Source: a virus (lineage: Duplodnaviria > Caudoviricetes). From it: DNA of 63,694 nt. Position 1 is the first letter of the stretch; each line of letters opens with the position of its first letter. This document shows, one piece after another, positions 55,474 through 63,694 of the stretch. The DNA is taken from IMG/VR virus record IMGVR_UViG_3300030101_003495, positions 1-63,694 of that record, one strand, 5' to 3'. The notes under the pieces were generated by a model that was not told the DNA's origin, made no database searches, and worked only from the letters and a program-made list of their open reading frames with translations. A program made the translations under genes and the position numbers.

Positions 55474-58317
55474 ATGGCAATAATTTATAGTTATCCATCA
55501 GAAACAAACCCACAACCTACCGACTTACTTATCGGTACATCAACTGTTGTTACTAATGGTGTAGAAGAAAATGTAACTAGAAACTACTCTATACAAACTT
55601 TAACAGATTATATAAAAACATTAGGTGGTATTGGTGTTGAATCGATAACATTTACAGCACCACTAACTGGTGGTACAATAACAAAAGACGGTACAGTAAG
55701 TATACCCCAGTCAGATGCAACAACTGATGGTTATTTAAGTTCTACAGACTGGAATACTTTTAATAGTAAACTAGGTGGTATAAGTGGTACTGCAGATTCA
55801 ATACCACTTTGGCAAACATCATCATCTCTTGGTAATTCAGCACTTACACAACCTGCAGGTAATTATATATATTCAAACAAAAGCTTTGCACCATTTGCAG
55901 ATGCAACGTGGGATTTAGGTGTATCAACTGTAGCTAATAGATGGAAAGACATATATTCATCAGGTACCGTTTATAGTGCTAATCTTAGTTTATCAGGTTA
56001 TATAAACACTGCGACTGGTAACGGTACTGCTGGTCAAATACTAGAATCACAAGGTGCTGGTCAACCAGTAAGATGGGTTGATAATGCTGTTGGTGATATT
56101 ACAGGTGTTACATCTGCTACACCACAACAATTAAGTGTAACTAGCTCAACTGGCCCAGTTCCAGATCTTTCAATAGTTACAGCTACTGTAGCAAACGCTG
56201 GTACTGCTCTGGCTACCGGTGATCAAATATATGATTTTGTAATAGCACAAGGATATGGTTCAGGTACAGTAACAAATGTAAGTGTTGTATCTACAGAGTT
56301 TCCAGGTATTACAACAACTGTAACAAACGCAACAACTACACCTCAAATAACTTTAGAAACAACAGGTACGCCTACGTCTACTCAATATTTAGACGGTACT
56401 GGTAACTGGTCAACACCCGCGGGTGCAGGTACTGTTACAAGTGTAACTGGTGCTAGCGCTGATACAATTACAGTTGCAGATTCTACAACAACACCAAGCA
56501 TCACAGCTGTAACAGGTGCTGTAAGTGGTAGTTCACCTAATTTAGCAACAGGTGCTCAAATACAAACAGCTATTGATGCAGCTCTTGTTGGGTCAGTAAC
56601 ATTTAAAGGTGGTTTTAATGCTAGCACTGGAGCTATTGATGGTGGTGGTAACTTAACAACAGGTGGAACTAGAGTTGCAATATCAGTTGGTGATTTATAT
56701 GTAGTAACTACAGCTGGTGATTTTTACGGATCAGAAGCATTAGGTGTTGGTGATCAAGTTATATGTCAAACGGCGGCTAGCGCTGGTGCATCTACAATTA
56801 ATGATTGGACAACAGTTGAATCAAATGTAGTACCCGCTCAAGCAGGCGCTACAGATGCAACAACCACAAAAGGTGTTGCAGGTTTTGACCACCAAATGTT
56901 TGCAGCTACAACTGATGGCTTTATTACATCTACAACTCTTAACAATATAAATATAACTGTTTCAAACGCTTCAGGCGCAAACAAGTATTATGTAGAAGGT
57001 ACACAGCAAGCAAATATATACTTAGCTAAAAGTTCTACATTTTATATAAATCAAGACTCAGCAACTAACAATGGTCATCCATTAGTATTAAGTACCGCGG
57101 CGGCTGCAGATCCTAGAGTAGTATATAGTACAGGTGTTGTATATTTATTAGATAATGTAGTTACTTCTCAATCTGACTATGTTAATACAACAAACTTTAA
57201 CGCGGCTACACAAAGAAGAATAAGGGTTACTTTAACTCAGACAGCACCAACATTATCATACGCTTGTTATTATCATGCTGGCATGGGTGCTGATATTGTT
57301 CAAACTACATTTACTGGTAGTGGAGTAACATCTGTTGCTACGGGTAATGGTTTAACGGGTGGTACAATAACTTCAACAGGTACAATATCACCAGATTATT
57401 CATCGGCTACAAACTTAATATTATCTGCCACAGATGGTACAGGTGATACATTAGTAGATGCTGATCACTTTATGTTTAATGACGTATCAGCAACACCTGA
57501 TACAGTTAAATATGCTACGCTTGGCCAACTTAAAACTTATATAAGCGCAGGTGGTGGTTCAGTAACAAGTATTGGATTAACAGAAACTGGTACTGCTCTT
57601 ACTATAACAGGCTCACCAGTAACATCGTCTGGTACTATAAATATAGCAGGTGCTGGTACATCATCACAAGTAATACTTGGTGATTTAACTTTAGCAACAT
57701 TACCAACAGGCACAGTTACAAGTGTAGGATTTACAAGTAACATTGCGGCGTTTGCTGTTGGTGGTCAACCAATAACAACCTCTGGTACATTAACATTAAA
57801 CTTAACAGGCGGTAGCGCAGGTCAGTTCTTAAGACAAGACGGTACTTGGGCATCAGTTCCTGCAGGTTATACTTTAAATGTAGATGCTGACGGTGGTGGA
57901 CCTGGTGCTGTTGATGCTGGCGGAACAATTGATGTTGCAGGTGGTACAGGCATAACAACTGCTTTAACAGGCTCATCATCAAGTAGAGTTATAACAGCTA
58001 ACTTAGATAATACTTCAGTTACAGCTGGTAGTTACACTAACGCTAGTATAACAGTAGACGCACAAGGTAGATTAACGGCTGCATCTAGTGGTGGAAGTTC
58101 ACTTCCTACTAGAACAGTAGACACTAAAACAGGTGACGGAACAACAACTGTTTTTGCTTTATCTGTAAGCCCTACAAGCACAGCTTATATAGATGTTTAT
58201 ATAGCTGGTGTATACCAACAAAAATCATCTTACTCTTTATCAGGTGCAAATGTTACATTTAGTACTGCACCTCCAACAACAATAACTAACGGTATTGAAT
58301 TTGTCTCATTAACATAA
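55474..58317 (+). CDS. Tail fibre protein with cupredoxin-like insert
   Basis: GYLSSTDWNTFN.K, AGSYTNA.ITVD.QGR.T repeats; GHP...CYYHAGM. Confidence 0.8.
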   Translation: MAIIYSYPSETNPQPTDLLIGTSTVVTNGVEENVTRNYSIQTLTDYIKTLGGIGVESITFTAPLTGGTITKDGTVSIPQSDATTDGYLSSTDWNTFNSKLGGISGTADSIPLWQTSSSLGNSALTQPAGNYIYSNKSFAPFADATWDLGVSTVANRWKDIYSSGTVYSANLSLSGYINTATGNGTAGQILESQGAGQPVRWVDNAVGDITGVTSATPQQLSVTSSTGPVPDLSIVTATVANAGTALATGDQIYDFVIAQGYGSGTVTNVSVVSTEFPGITTTVTNATTTPQITLETTGTPTSTQYLDGTGNWSTPAGAGTVTSVTGASADTITVADSTTTPSITAVTGAVSGSSPNLATGAQIQTAIDAALVGSVTFKGGFNASTGAIDGGGNLTTGGTRVAISVGDLYVVTTAGDFYGSEALGVGDQVICQTAASAGASTINDWTTVESNVVPAQAGATDATTTKGVAGFDHQMFAATTDGFITSTTLNNINITVSNASGANKYYVEGTQQANIYLAKSSTFYINQDSATNNGHPLVLSTAAAADPRVVYSTGVVYLLDNVVTSQSDYVNTTNFNAATQRRIRVTLTQTAPTLSYACYYHAGMGADIVQTTFTGSGVTSVATGNGLTGGTITSTGTISPDYSSATNLILSATDGTGDTLVDADHFMFNDVSATPDTVKYATLGQLKTYISAGGGSVTSIGLTETGTALTITGSPVTSSGTINIAGAGTSSQVILGDLTLATLPTGTVTSVGFTSNIAAFAVGGQPITTSGTLTLNLTGGSAGQFLRQDGTWASVPAGYTLNVDADGGGPGAVDAGGTIDVAGGTGITTALTGSSSSRVITANLDNTSVTAGSYTNASITVDAQGRLTAASSGGSSLPTRTVDTKTGDGTTTVFALSVSPTSTAYIDVYIAGVYQQKSSYSLSGANVTFSTAPPTTITNGIEFVSLT

Positions 58318-58318
58318 T

Positions 58319-60136
58319 ATGGCATTAACTAAACTATCAACAGACGTAATAGATCTTAGTAGTAACACTAGAGCTTTAACTATACCTTCAGGTACAACAG
58401 GGCCTAATACAACAGACACAACTGGAACTTGTAGTTTTCCTACAACAGCAGCTAACTTGTTTCAATTTAATGATGATGTAGTAGATACTTGTAATAACAA
58501 TAATGGAACAGCTGTTAATGCGGCTTATGCTACAGGTTATTTTGATAAGGCTTATGACTTTTCAGCTAACACAACATCTTATAGTGGCACTAGTGCTTTT
58601 GTTACTTTTGCTGATGATATGTCTAGACAAAATGATTTTTCTTGGTCTTTTTGGCTTAAGTCTACAGGTGGGCCTACAAATTATGCTACAATAATTTCAT
58701 TTTATGGAAGTTATTATAATTACATATATTTCAACCCTGGTATTTCAAATATTTATATATCGCTTGGAGATGGTGGTGATACCTCTTTTAACACAGGTAT
58801 GACTTCTGGAAGTACTTGGTATCATTTAGCTCTTACTAAAAGTAGCACCAATGGTAGAGCATTCTATGTAAATGGATCTGCAGTTTTTAGTGATGGTAAT
58901 ACAAGTAATGGTGGTTCGGCCTCTAGAACAGGTAATGCAATAGGTATGCATTGGGGTTCTGGTTCAGCATGGCAATACCCTTTAAATGGCGATACATTAA
59001 TAGATCAATTTAGAATATTTCCAAGTGGATTAACGTCTTCTCAAGTATCACAACTTTATAATGAAACTAATGTTACTGTTACATCAGGTAGACCAACATC
59101 GCCTACAGAAGGATTGTTAAGAGACAATACTACAACTGGTGCTTTAGAGTTTTATAATGGATCTTTATGGCAACAAATAGCAGGTACATTAGTTCCTGAT
59201 TACCAACCACCAACTGCTACGGGTAATTTTATTACTACATTATTTAACGGTAACAACACAACTGTTACAACAGGTTTTCAAGCTGATTTAGCTTGGGTTT
59301 CAAACAGGCAATATGCAAATGGTAATTTTATTTATGATTCAGTAAGAGGAGCTAGTAATAATCTTTGGCCAACTAGTAATGATGCCGAAGGCGTTAGGTC
59401 AGGTGTAACTGCTTTTAACGCAACAAGTACTACAATAGGTACTTATGCCTCTATTGGCTCAGGAGGTAGCGGTACTAATGTACAGTGGGCTTGGAAAGCT
59501 GGAGGTACGGCTGTATCAAATTCTGACGGCACGACAACTTCAACAATATCTAAAAATGCAACTACTGGTTTTAGTATTGTAAAAACTTCTGCTGCTGGTG
59601 GAACAATTAATGTAGGTCATGGTCTAGGATCCGATATAGGTATGATAATACTTAAAGGAGTGGATGTTGCAGAGGCATGGCAAGTTTGGCATAAAGATGT
59701 AGGTACAGGAAAATACTTACAACTGTCTTCTACTGCTTCAGCAACAACTAGAGCTAATAGTTTTTCTACTGTTAATTCTACAATATTTGAAAATGATTGG
59801 ACAGGCGGCGCTGTAGTTTGGATCGCATATTGTTGGTCTTCTATTACCGGATATTCTAAAATGGGCAGTTATACTGGTACAGGTAGTGGAAATACACAGT
59901 CTATAAACACAGGCTTTGAAGTAGGTTGGATTATGATAAAAGATTATACCGCGACAGGATCTTGGTTTGTTATGGACAATGAAAGAGGAAGTCAAAATAG
60001 TATAGCAATAAATGCAGGTACCGCAGAGTCAACTACTAATTATGTAACTTTTACTTCTACCGGATTTGATGTTACAAGTGATTTAAACAGTAACTCTTCA
60101 AGTAATTCATTTATATATATGGCATTTAGATCTTAA
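58319..60136 (+). CDS. LamG/concanavalin-like virion (receptor-binding) protein
   Basis: FSWSFW, WYHLALT, FYVNG, IDQFRIF...L...V..LY motifs; C-terminal DSVRG/AWKAGG domain. Confidence 0.75.
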   Translation: MALTKLSTDVIDLSSNTRALTIPSGTTGPNTTDTTGTCSFPTTAANLFQFNDDVVDTCNNNNGTAVNAAYATGYFDKAYDFSANTTSYSGTSAFVTFADDMSRQNDFSWSFWLKSTGGPTNYATIISFYGSYYNYIYFNPGISNIYISLGDGGDTSFNTGMTSGSTWYHLALTKSSTNGRAFYVNGSAVFSDGNTSNGGSASRTGNAIGMHWGSGSAWQYPLNGDTLIDQFRIFPSGLTSSQVSQLYNETNVTVTSGRPTSPTEGLLRDNTTTGALEFYNGSLWQQIAGTLVPDYQPPTATGNFITTLFNGNNTTVTTGFQADLAWVSNRQYANGNFIYDSVRGASNNLWPTSNDAEGVRSGVTAFNATSTTIGTYASIGSGGSGTNVQWAWKAGGTAVSNSDGTTTSTISKNATTGFSIVKTSAAGGTINVGHGLGSDIGMIILKGVDVAEAWQVWHKDVGTGKYLQLSSTASATTRANSFSTVNSTIFENDWTGGAVVWIAYCWSSITGYSKMGSYTGTGSGNTQSINTGFEVGWIMIKDYTATGSWFVMDNERGSQNSIAINAGTAESTTNYVTFTSTGFDVTSDLNSNSSSNSFIYMAFRS

Positions 60137-60139
60137 AAT

Positions 60140-60994
60140 ATGGCAACAACAAAAATAATAAATGATTTAATCGATTTAAATCAGACTGGTAATACTACAG
60201 CTTTAAAAGGTTGTGTAGGTACCACAGCGCAACAACCAACAGGTGTTGAAGGTATGTTAAGAACAAACACTGATTTATCATCAGCTAGTTCTACTAGCGC
60301 TATGCAATTTTATAAATCAACAGGTAGTCCTTTCACAAGTGGTTGGGTTACACTTACAAACTTTACAACTCTTGATCAATGTAATTATCCTACTACAGCA
60401 ACTGCGTTATATCAATTAGACGGTAATGCAAATGATACTTGTGGAAATTATAATGGTACTGCATCTAATATGTCATGGACTACAGGAAAATTTGGACAAT
60501 GTGGGGTATTTAATGGGACAAATGGAGCGAGTGGAAGTAGAATTTTATTATCTAATGATGTTGATCAATTTCCAATGTCTGTATCTTGTTGGATTTATCT
60601 TGATGCAGTTCAAGCTTCGGGCAATGGAGCTGTAGTGTTTGAAGGTCAACAAGGCATGGGTATTAATTTTACAGGTGGTAATCCTACTCATTTATCTACT
60701 CAAACACAAAATAGTCAAACTGGTCAAGTAGATTCTAATTCTGCTTTAAACACTGGTCAATGGTATTTTGTGGTAGGTATTTTTAACAGCTCTAGTTCTT
60801 CTGCACTATACATTGATAACGTATCTCAAAGTGGAAGTTCTAGTATTGATTATCTTACTTCAGATGAAAACGCAATAGGCGGTAGAGATCATTATGGTTA
60901 TACAGCAACATTTAATGGTAAAATAGATCAATTAAGAATATTTCCTAGCGCACTAACAACTGCTCAAATGACACAATTATACAACGAGGCATAA
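60140..60994 (+). CDS. LamG/concanavalin-like virion protein
   Basis: Y.LDGNAND, WYFVV, FNGKIDQLRIF motifs. Confidence 0.75.
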   Translation: MATTKIINDLIDLNQTGNTTALKGCVGTTAQQPTGVEGMLRTNTDLSSASSTSAMQFYKSTGSPFTSGWVTLTNFTTLDQCNYPTTATALYQLDGNANDTCGNYNGTASNMSWTTGKFGQCGVFNGTNGASGSRILLSNDVDQFPMSVSCWIYLDAVQASGNGAVVFEGQQGMGINFTGGNPTHLSTQTQNSQTGQVDSNSALNTGQWYFVVGIFNSSSSSALYIDNVSQSGSSSIDYLTSDENAIGGRDHYGYTATFNGKIDQLRIFPSALTTAQMTQLYNEA

Positions 60995-61830
60995 TGGCAA
61001 TAACAAAAGTAACATCACCAGATTTAATAAATCTTCCGTATAATAATACAGATGGAATAATACTACCTAAAGGAACAACAGCTACAAGACCAGCTAGTGC
61101 TGTTGATGGTGAGTTTAGATATAACACTACAGATAAAAAAGTGGAATATTACGATGGATCTGATTGGTATCAATTAAGTAGCAGCCCAGCCGTACCTCAA
61201 TCAGGCACAACAACTACTTGTAATTACCCTACAACAGCTACCGCACTGTATCAATTTGAAGGTAATGCTAATGATACTTGTGGAAATTATAATGCTACAT
61301 CAGTAACAGATGTAACTTATTCTTCAACAGCCCCTGCTCAATTTGGTCAATATGCTCTTGCAGGTTCCAGTCCAGAAATTGTTACAGGTATAACACAAGA
61401 TTCAAACGCTGCGTTTACTTGGTCGTTTTGGTTTTATGCAACCGCTAATTCAGGTATAGATCCTATAATTGCTGCTATTAGTACAACAAATATTTTTGAT
61501 TCTATAAATGTAGGATTAGAATTTAATACAATATTTTTATTTACAGCAGGATCTAACAGAGGAAGTGGAAGTTCTATTTCTTTAAATACATGGACACATT
61601 ATGCTGTTACTTTTGATGGTAGCAATGGATTTGTTACGTATTTAAATGGTTCAGTAGCAGAAAATATAACACAAACACCACCTTCATTTACAGGTGGAAA
61701 CGTAAAATTAATGTTAAATATATTTGGTTCATGGGGATATTATGAAGGAAGACTTGATCAATTAAGAATATATCCTACTGTATTAACCGCAACCCAAGTA
61801 AATGCTTTATACACAGAAACAGCACCTTAG
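60994..61830 (+). CDS. LamG/concanavalin-like virion protein
   Basis: LPKGTTA.RP...G..RYNT....EYYDG..W anchor plus LamG domain. Confidence 0.75.
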   Translation: MAITKVTSPDLINLPYNNTDGIILPKGTTATRPASAVDGEFRYNTTDKKVEYYDGSDWYQLSSSPAVPQSGTTTTCNYPTTATALYQFEGNANDTCGNYNATSVTDVTYSSTAPAQFGQYALAGSSPEIVTGITQDSNAAFTWSFWFYATANSGIDPIIAAISTTNIFDSINVGLEFNTIFLFTAGSNRGSGSSISLNTWTHYAVTFDGSNGFVTYLNGSVAENITQTPPSFTGGNVKLMLNIFGSWGYYEGRLDQLRIYPTVLTATQVNALYTETAP

Positions 61831-61831
61831 G

Positions 61832-61859
61832 CTAAAAAACAAAAAAAACAAGTAATAAT
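61832..61859 (+). promoter_or_regulatory. Class-2 promoter candidate upstream of the groEL operon
   Basis: CTAAA-N15-GTAATAAT. Confidence 0.5.
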
Positions 61860-61899
61860 AAACTATAAACCTATTGTCAAACATTTAAAACCAAAACCA

Positions 61900-62187
61900 A
61901 TGACACTATATTACCAGACTCATTCGTGGAATAGTCAACCACAAATTTCAGATGAAACCAAAAACTTATGGAAACACCTTGCTGATAAAAAGCATTGGCG
62001 TATAACCCAGTTACCAAACGGTTTTTATCAAACTGAATACCAAGATCCAGAAAAAGATAATTGGATCGACATAACTAGGAGAGAAACAATTGAAGGAGCT
62101 GAAAGTGCTATTGACGCATCAGTCGAGCATTACAGTAAAAAAATTGAGTTCTTGAATGGTCCAAAAGTCGTTAAGACCTTTAAATAA
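61900..62187 (+). CDS. Conserved hypothetical protein upstream of groEL
   Basis: ORF track. Confidence 0.7.
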   Translation: MTLYYQTHSWNSQPQISDETKNLWKHLADKKHWRITQLPNGFYQTEYQDPEKDNWIDITRRETIEGAESAIDASVEHYSKKIEFLNGPKVVKTFK

Positions 62188-62218
62188 AATCAAATAATCA
62201 AATTAAATTTAATTCAAT

Positions 62219-63694
62219 ATGTCAGACTTAATAGTCAAGAATCTTAATTTTGGGCAACGCGCTCAGAATCAAGTGTTTAAAGGAATTGATAAACTCACGC
62301 AAGCTGTTAGCTCCACTCTTGGGGCTAGCGGCAAGTGTGTATTACTTGAAGATGACAACGGTAAACCTATTATAACTAAAGATGGTGTTACTGTTGCTAA
62401 CTCAATAGTTTTATTAGATCCAGTAGAAAATATGGGTGCTACACTTTTAAAAGAAGCAGCCAGAAAAACAGTAAATGAAGCGGGTGATGGAACTACCACT
62501 GCAACAATTTTAGCACATGCTATACTTAAAGAGGTAAGAGATACTGATTTAACAGTAAGCGCAAGAGAATTAAAAGATGGTATTAATTCAGCTGCAAAAA
62601 AAGCAATAAACTATTTAGAAAAAAATAGTATACCTGTTACAGGTAATATGATAGACAATATTGCTACAATATCTACAAATAATGATCCAGAACTTGGAAA
62701 ACTTATTGGTGATGCTTTTAGAGCTGTAGGTAAAACAGGTGTAGTAATGATGGATTATTCACCAAAATCAGAAACACAAGTAGAATTAGTTGATGGTATA
62801 CAATATGATAAAGGTACTTTAAATGCTAATTTTATTACTAATCAAGAAAAGAAAAGTTGTGAATTAGATAATCCAGTTGTATTATTAATTGAATCACCAG
62901 TAAGTAACATAAGACAAATACAATCAGTATTAGAATATGTTATAAAAGAAAAAAAATCTTTACTTATTATAGCAGACGTAGAACCACCAGTTATGGCCAC
63001 ACTTGCTATGAATAAACAAAAAGGTAATATTAAAGTAAATATTATCAATGCTCCTACATACGGAGTAAATAAAAGAGAGCAGCTAGATGATCTTTCTATG
63101 TTAACTGGTGCTACAGTTATAAATGAAGATTTAGGCGATGATATGGATCTTATTCAGCCAGAAATGTTGGGTACGTGTTTAAAATCTACTACTACAGAAA
63201 AAGATACTGTAATACAAGTGGGTGAACCTTCAGAAGAAATTTTAAACATTATTGCCAAAATTAAAGATGAAATAGCTGATGGACCATTACCAAGTAAGTT
63301 AGTTGGTTTAGAAAAAAGACTAGCTAGATTATCAGCTAAAATAGCCATAGTTAAAGTAGGTGCAGATTCAGATATAGAATTAAAAGAAAAATCTGATAGG
63401 ATAGAAGATGCTATATGTGCTACTAAAGCTGCAATAAAAGAAGGTATAGTATCAGGTGGTGGCATAGCATTATTAAATGCTGCGCTAGATATTAAAGAGG
63501 TAAATGAATCTGAAAAGATTTTAACTAAAGCAATATTATCACCTTTTAAAACTATATTAGACAATGCTGGTATAGAAGTAAAAATACCTTCAAAAAAAGG
63601 TACAGGTATAGACGTAGTAACTGGTAAAAAAGTTAATATGATTAAATCTGGAATAATAGACCCGTTGTTAGTTACTAAAAGTGCTTTAAAAAAC
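62219..63694 (+). CDS. groEL: Chaperonin GroEL (518 aa when joined to 1-180); absent from the ORF track because it crosses the contig end
   Basis: ITKDGVTVA, AGDGTTTAT and EK.DRIEDA..AT.AA..EGIV.GGG motifs. Confidence 0.96.
   Translation, partial: MSDLIVKNLNFGQRAQNQVFKGIDKLTQAVSSTLGASGKCVLLEDDNGKPIITKDGVTVANSIVLLDPVENMGATLLKEAARKTVNEAGDGTTTATILAHAILKEVRDTDLTVSARELKDGINSAAKKAINYLEKNSIPVTGNMIDNIATISTNNDPELGKLIGDAFRAVGKTGVVMMDYSPKSETQVELVDGIQYDKGTLNANFITNQEKKSCELDNPVVLLIESPVSNIRQIQSVLEYVIKEKKSLLIIADVEPPVMATLAMNKQKGNIKVNIINAPTYGVNKREQLDDLSMLTGATVINEDLGDDMDLIQPEMLGTCLKSTTTEKDTVIQVGEPSEEILNIIAKIKDEIADGPLPSKLVGLEKRLARLSAKIAIVKVGADSDIELKEKSDRIEDAICATKAAIKEGIVSGGGIALLNAALDIKEVNESEKILTKAILSPFKTILDNAGIEVKIPSKKGTGIDVVTGKKVNMIKSGIIDPLLVTKSALKN

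Noticed and set aside
51345-61830. Diversity-generating retroelement or invertase shuffling of tail fibres
   Set aside because: No reverse transcriptase or recombinase gene, no adenine-specific TR/VR pair, and all cassettes are co-oriented.
62269-63564. Antisense ORFs in the track (e.g. 62269, 62842, 63154, 9996, 31087, 51869)
   Set aside because: Shadows of well-supported opposite-strand genes such as groEL, portal and tail fibres.
63596-63694. Terminal repeat as a biological direct terminal repeat
   Set aside because: It falls mid-groEL and is about 99 nt, typical of assembler overlap; it shows circularity only.
1-63694. Stop-codon reassignment, introns or inteins
   Set aside because: Long genes are intact in code 11, all three stops are used, and terL, nrdA and primase have normal or short lengths.

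Overview
Apparently complete, circularly permuted genome (about 63,595 bp after removing a 99-nt end overlap that splits groEL) of an AT-rich, short-tailed lytic dsDNA phage. The host is most likely a marine Bacteroidota/Flavobacteriaceae: start codons have A-rich leaders without Shine-Dalgarno, and the portal-scaffold-capsid-ring-muzzle-ejection gene order is crAss/Cellulophaga-phage-like (inference). There are two divergent blocks. The + strand (51237 wrapping to 34586) carries six tail-fibre/LamG genes, groEL-groES, small basic virion proteins, terminase, capsid, tail, giant ejection proteins and lysis genes. The - strand (50731 to 34669) carries small early genes, tRNA-fMet, DNA ligase, an HTH protein, a sigma factor, ERF, exonuclease, SSB, primase-helicase, a ThyA-family enzyme, MazG, an endonuclease and nrdAB. 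No DNA polymerase, integrase, reverse transcriptase or CRISPR array was seen. Best leads not in the ORF track: (1) a 102-nt tmRNA-like RNA reduced to its alanine-accepting tRNA-like domain; (2) an A_AAG slippery site plus H-type pseudoknot, a predicted -1 frameshift at the start of the 2349-aa virion gene; (3) two small basic genes overprinted in the scaffold gene, one resembling ArfA; (4) a 54%-GC structured island inside terL with a T9 run and an open +1 frame; (5) a dCMP-type Asp in the ThyA-like enzyme, suggesting modified cytosine without a phage polymerase; (6) a duplicated TGACA...TGTCA element linking the HTH gene to a putative origin; (7) two related phage promoter classes. All assignments come from reading the sequence by eye; no searches were run.
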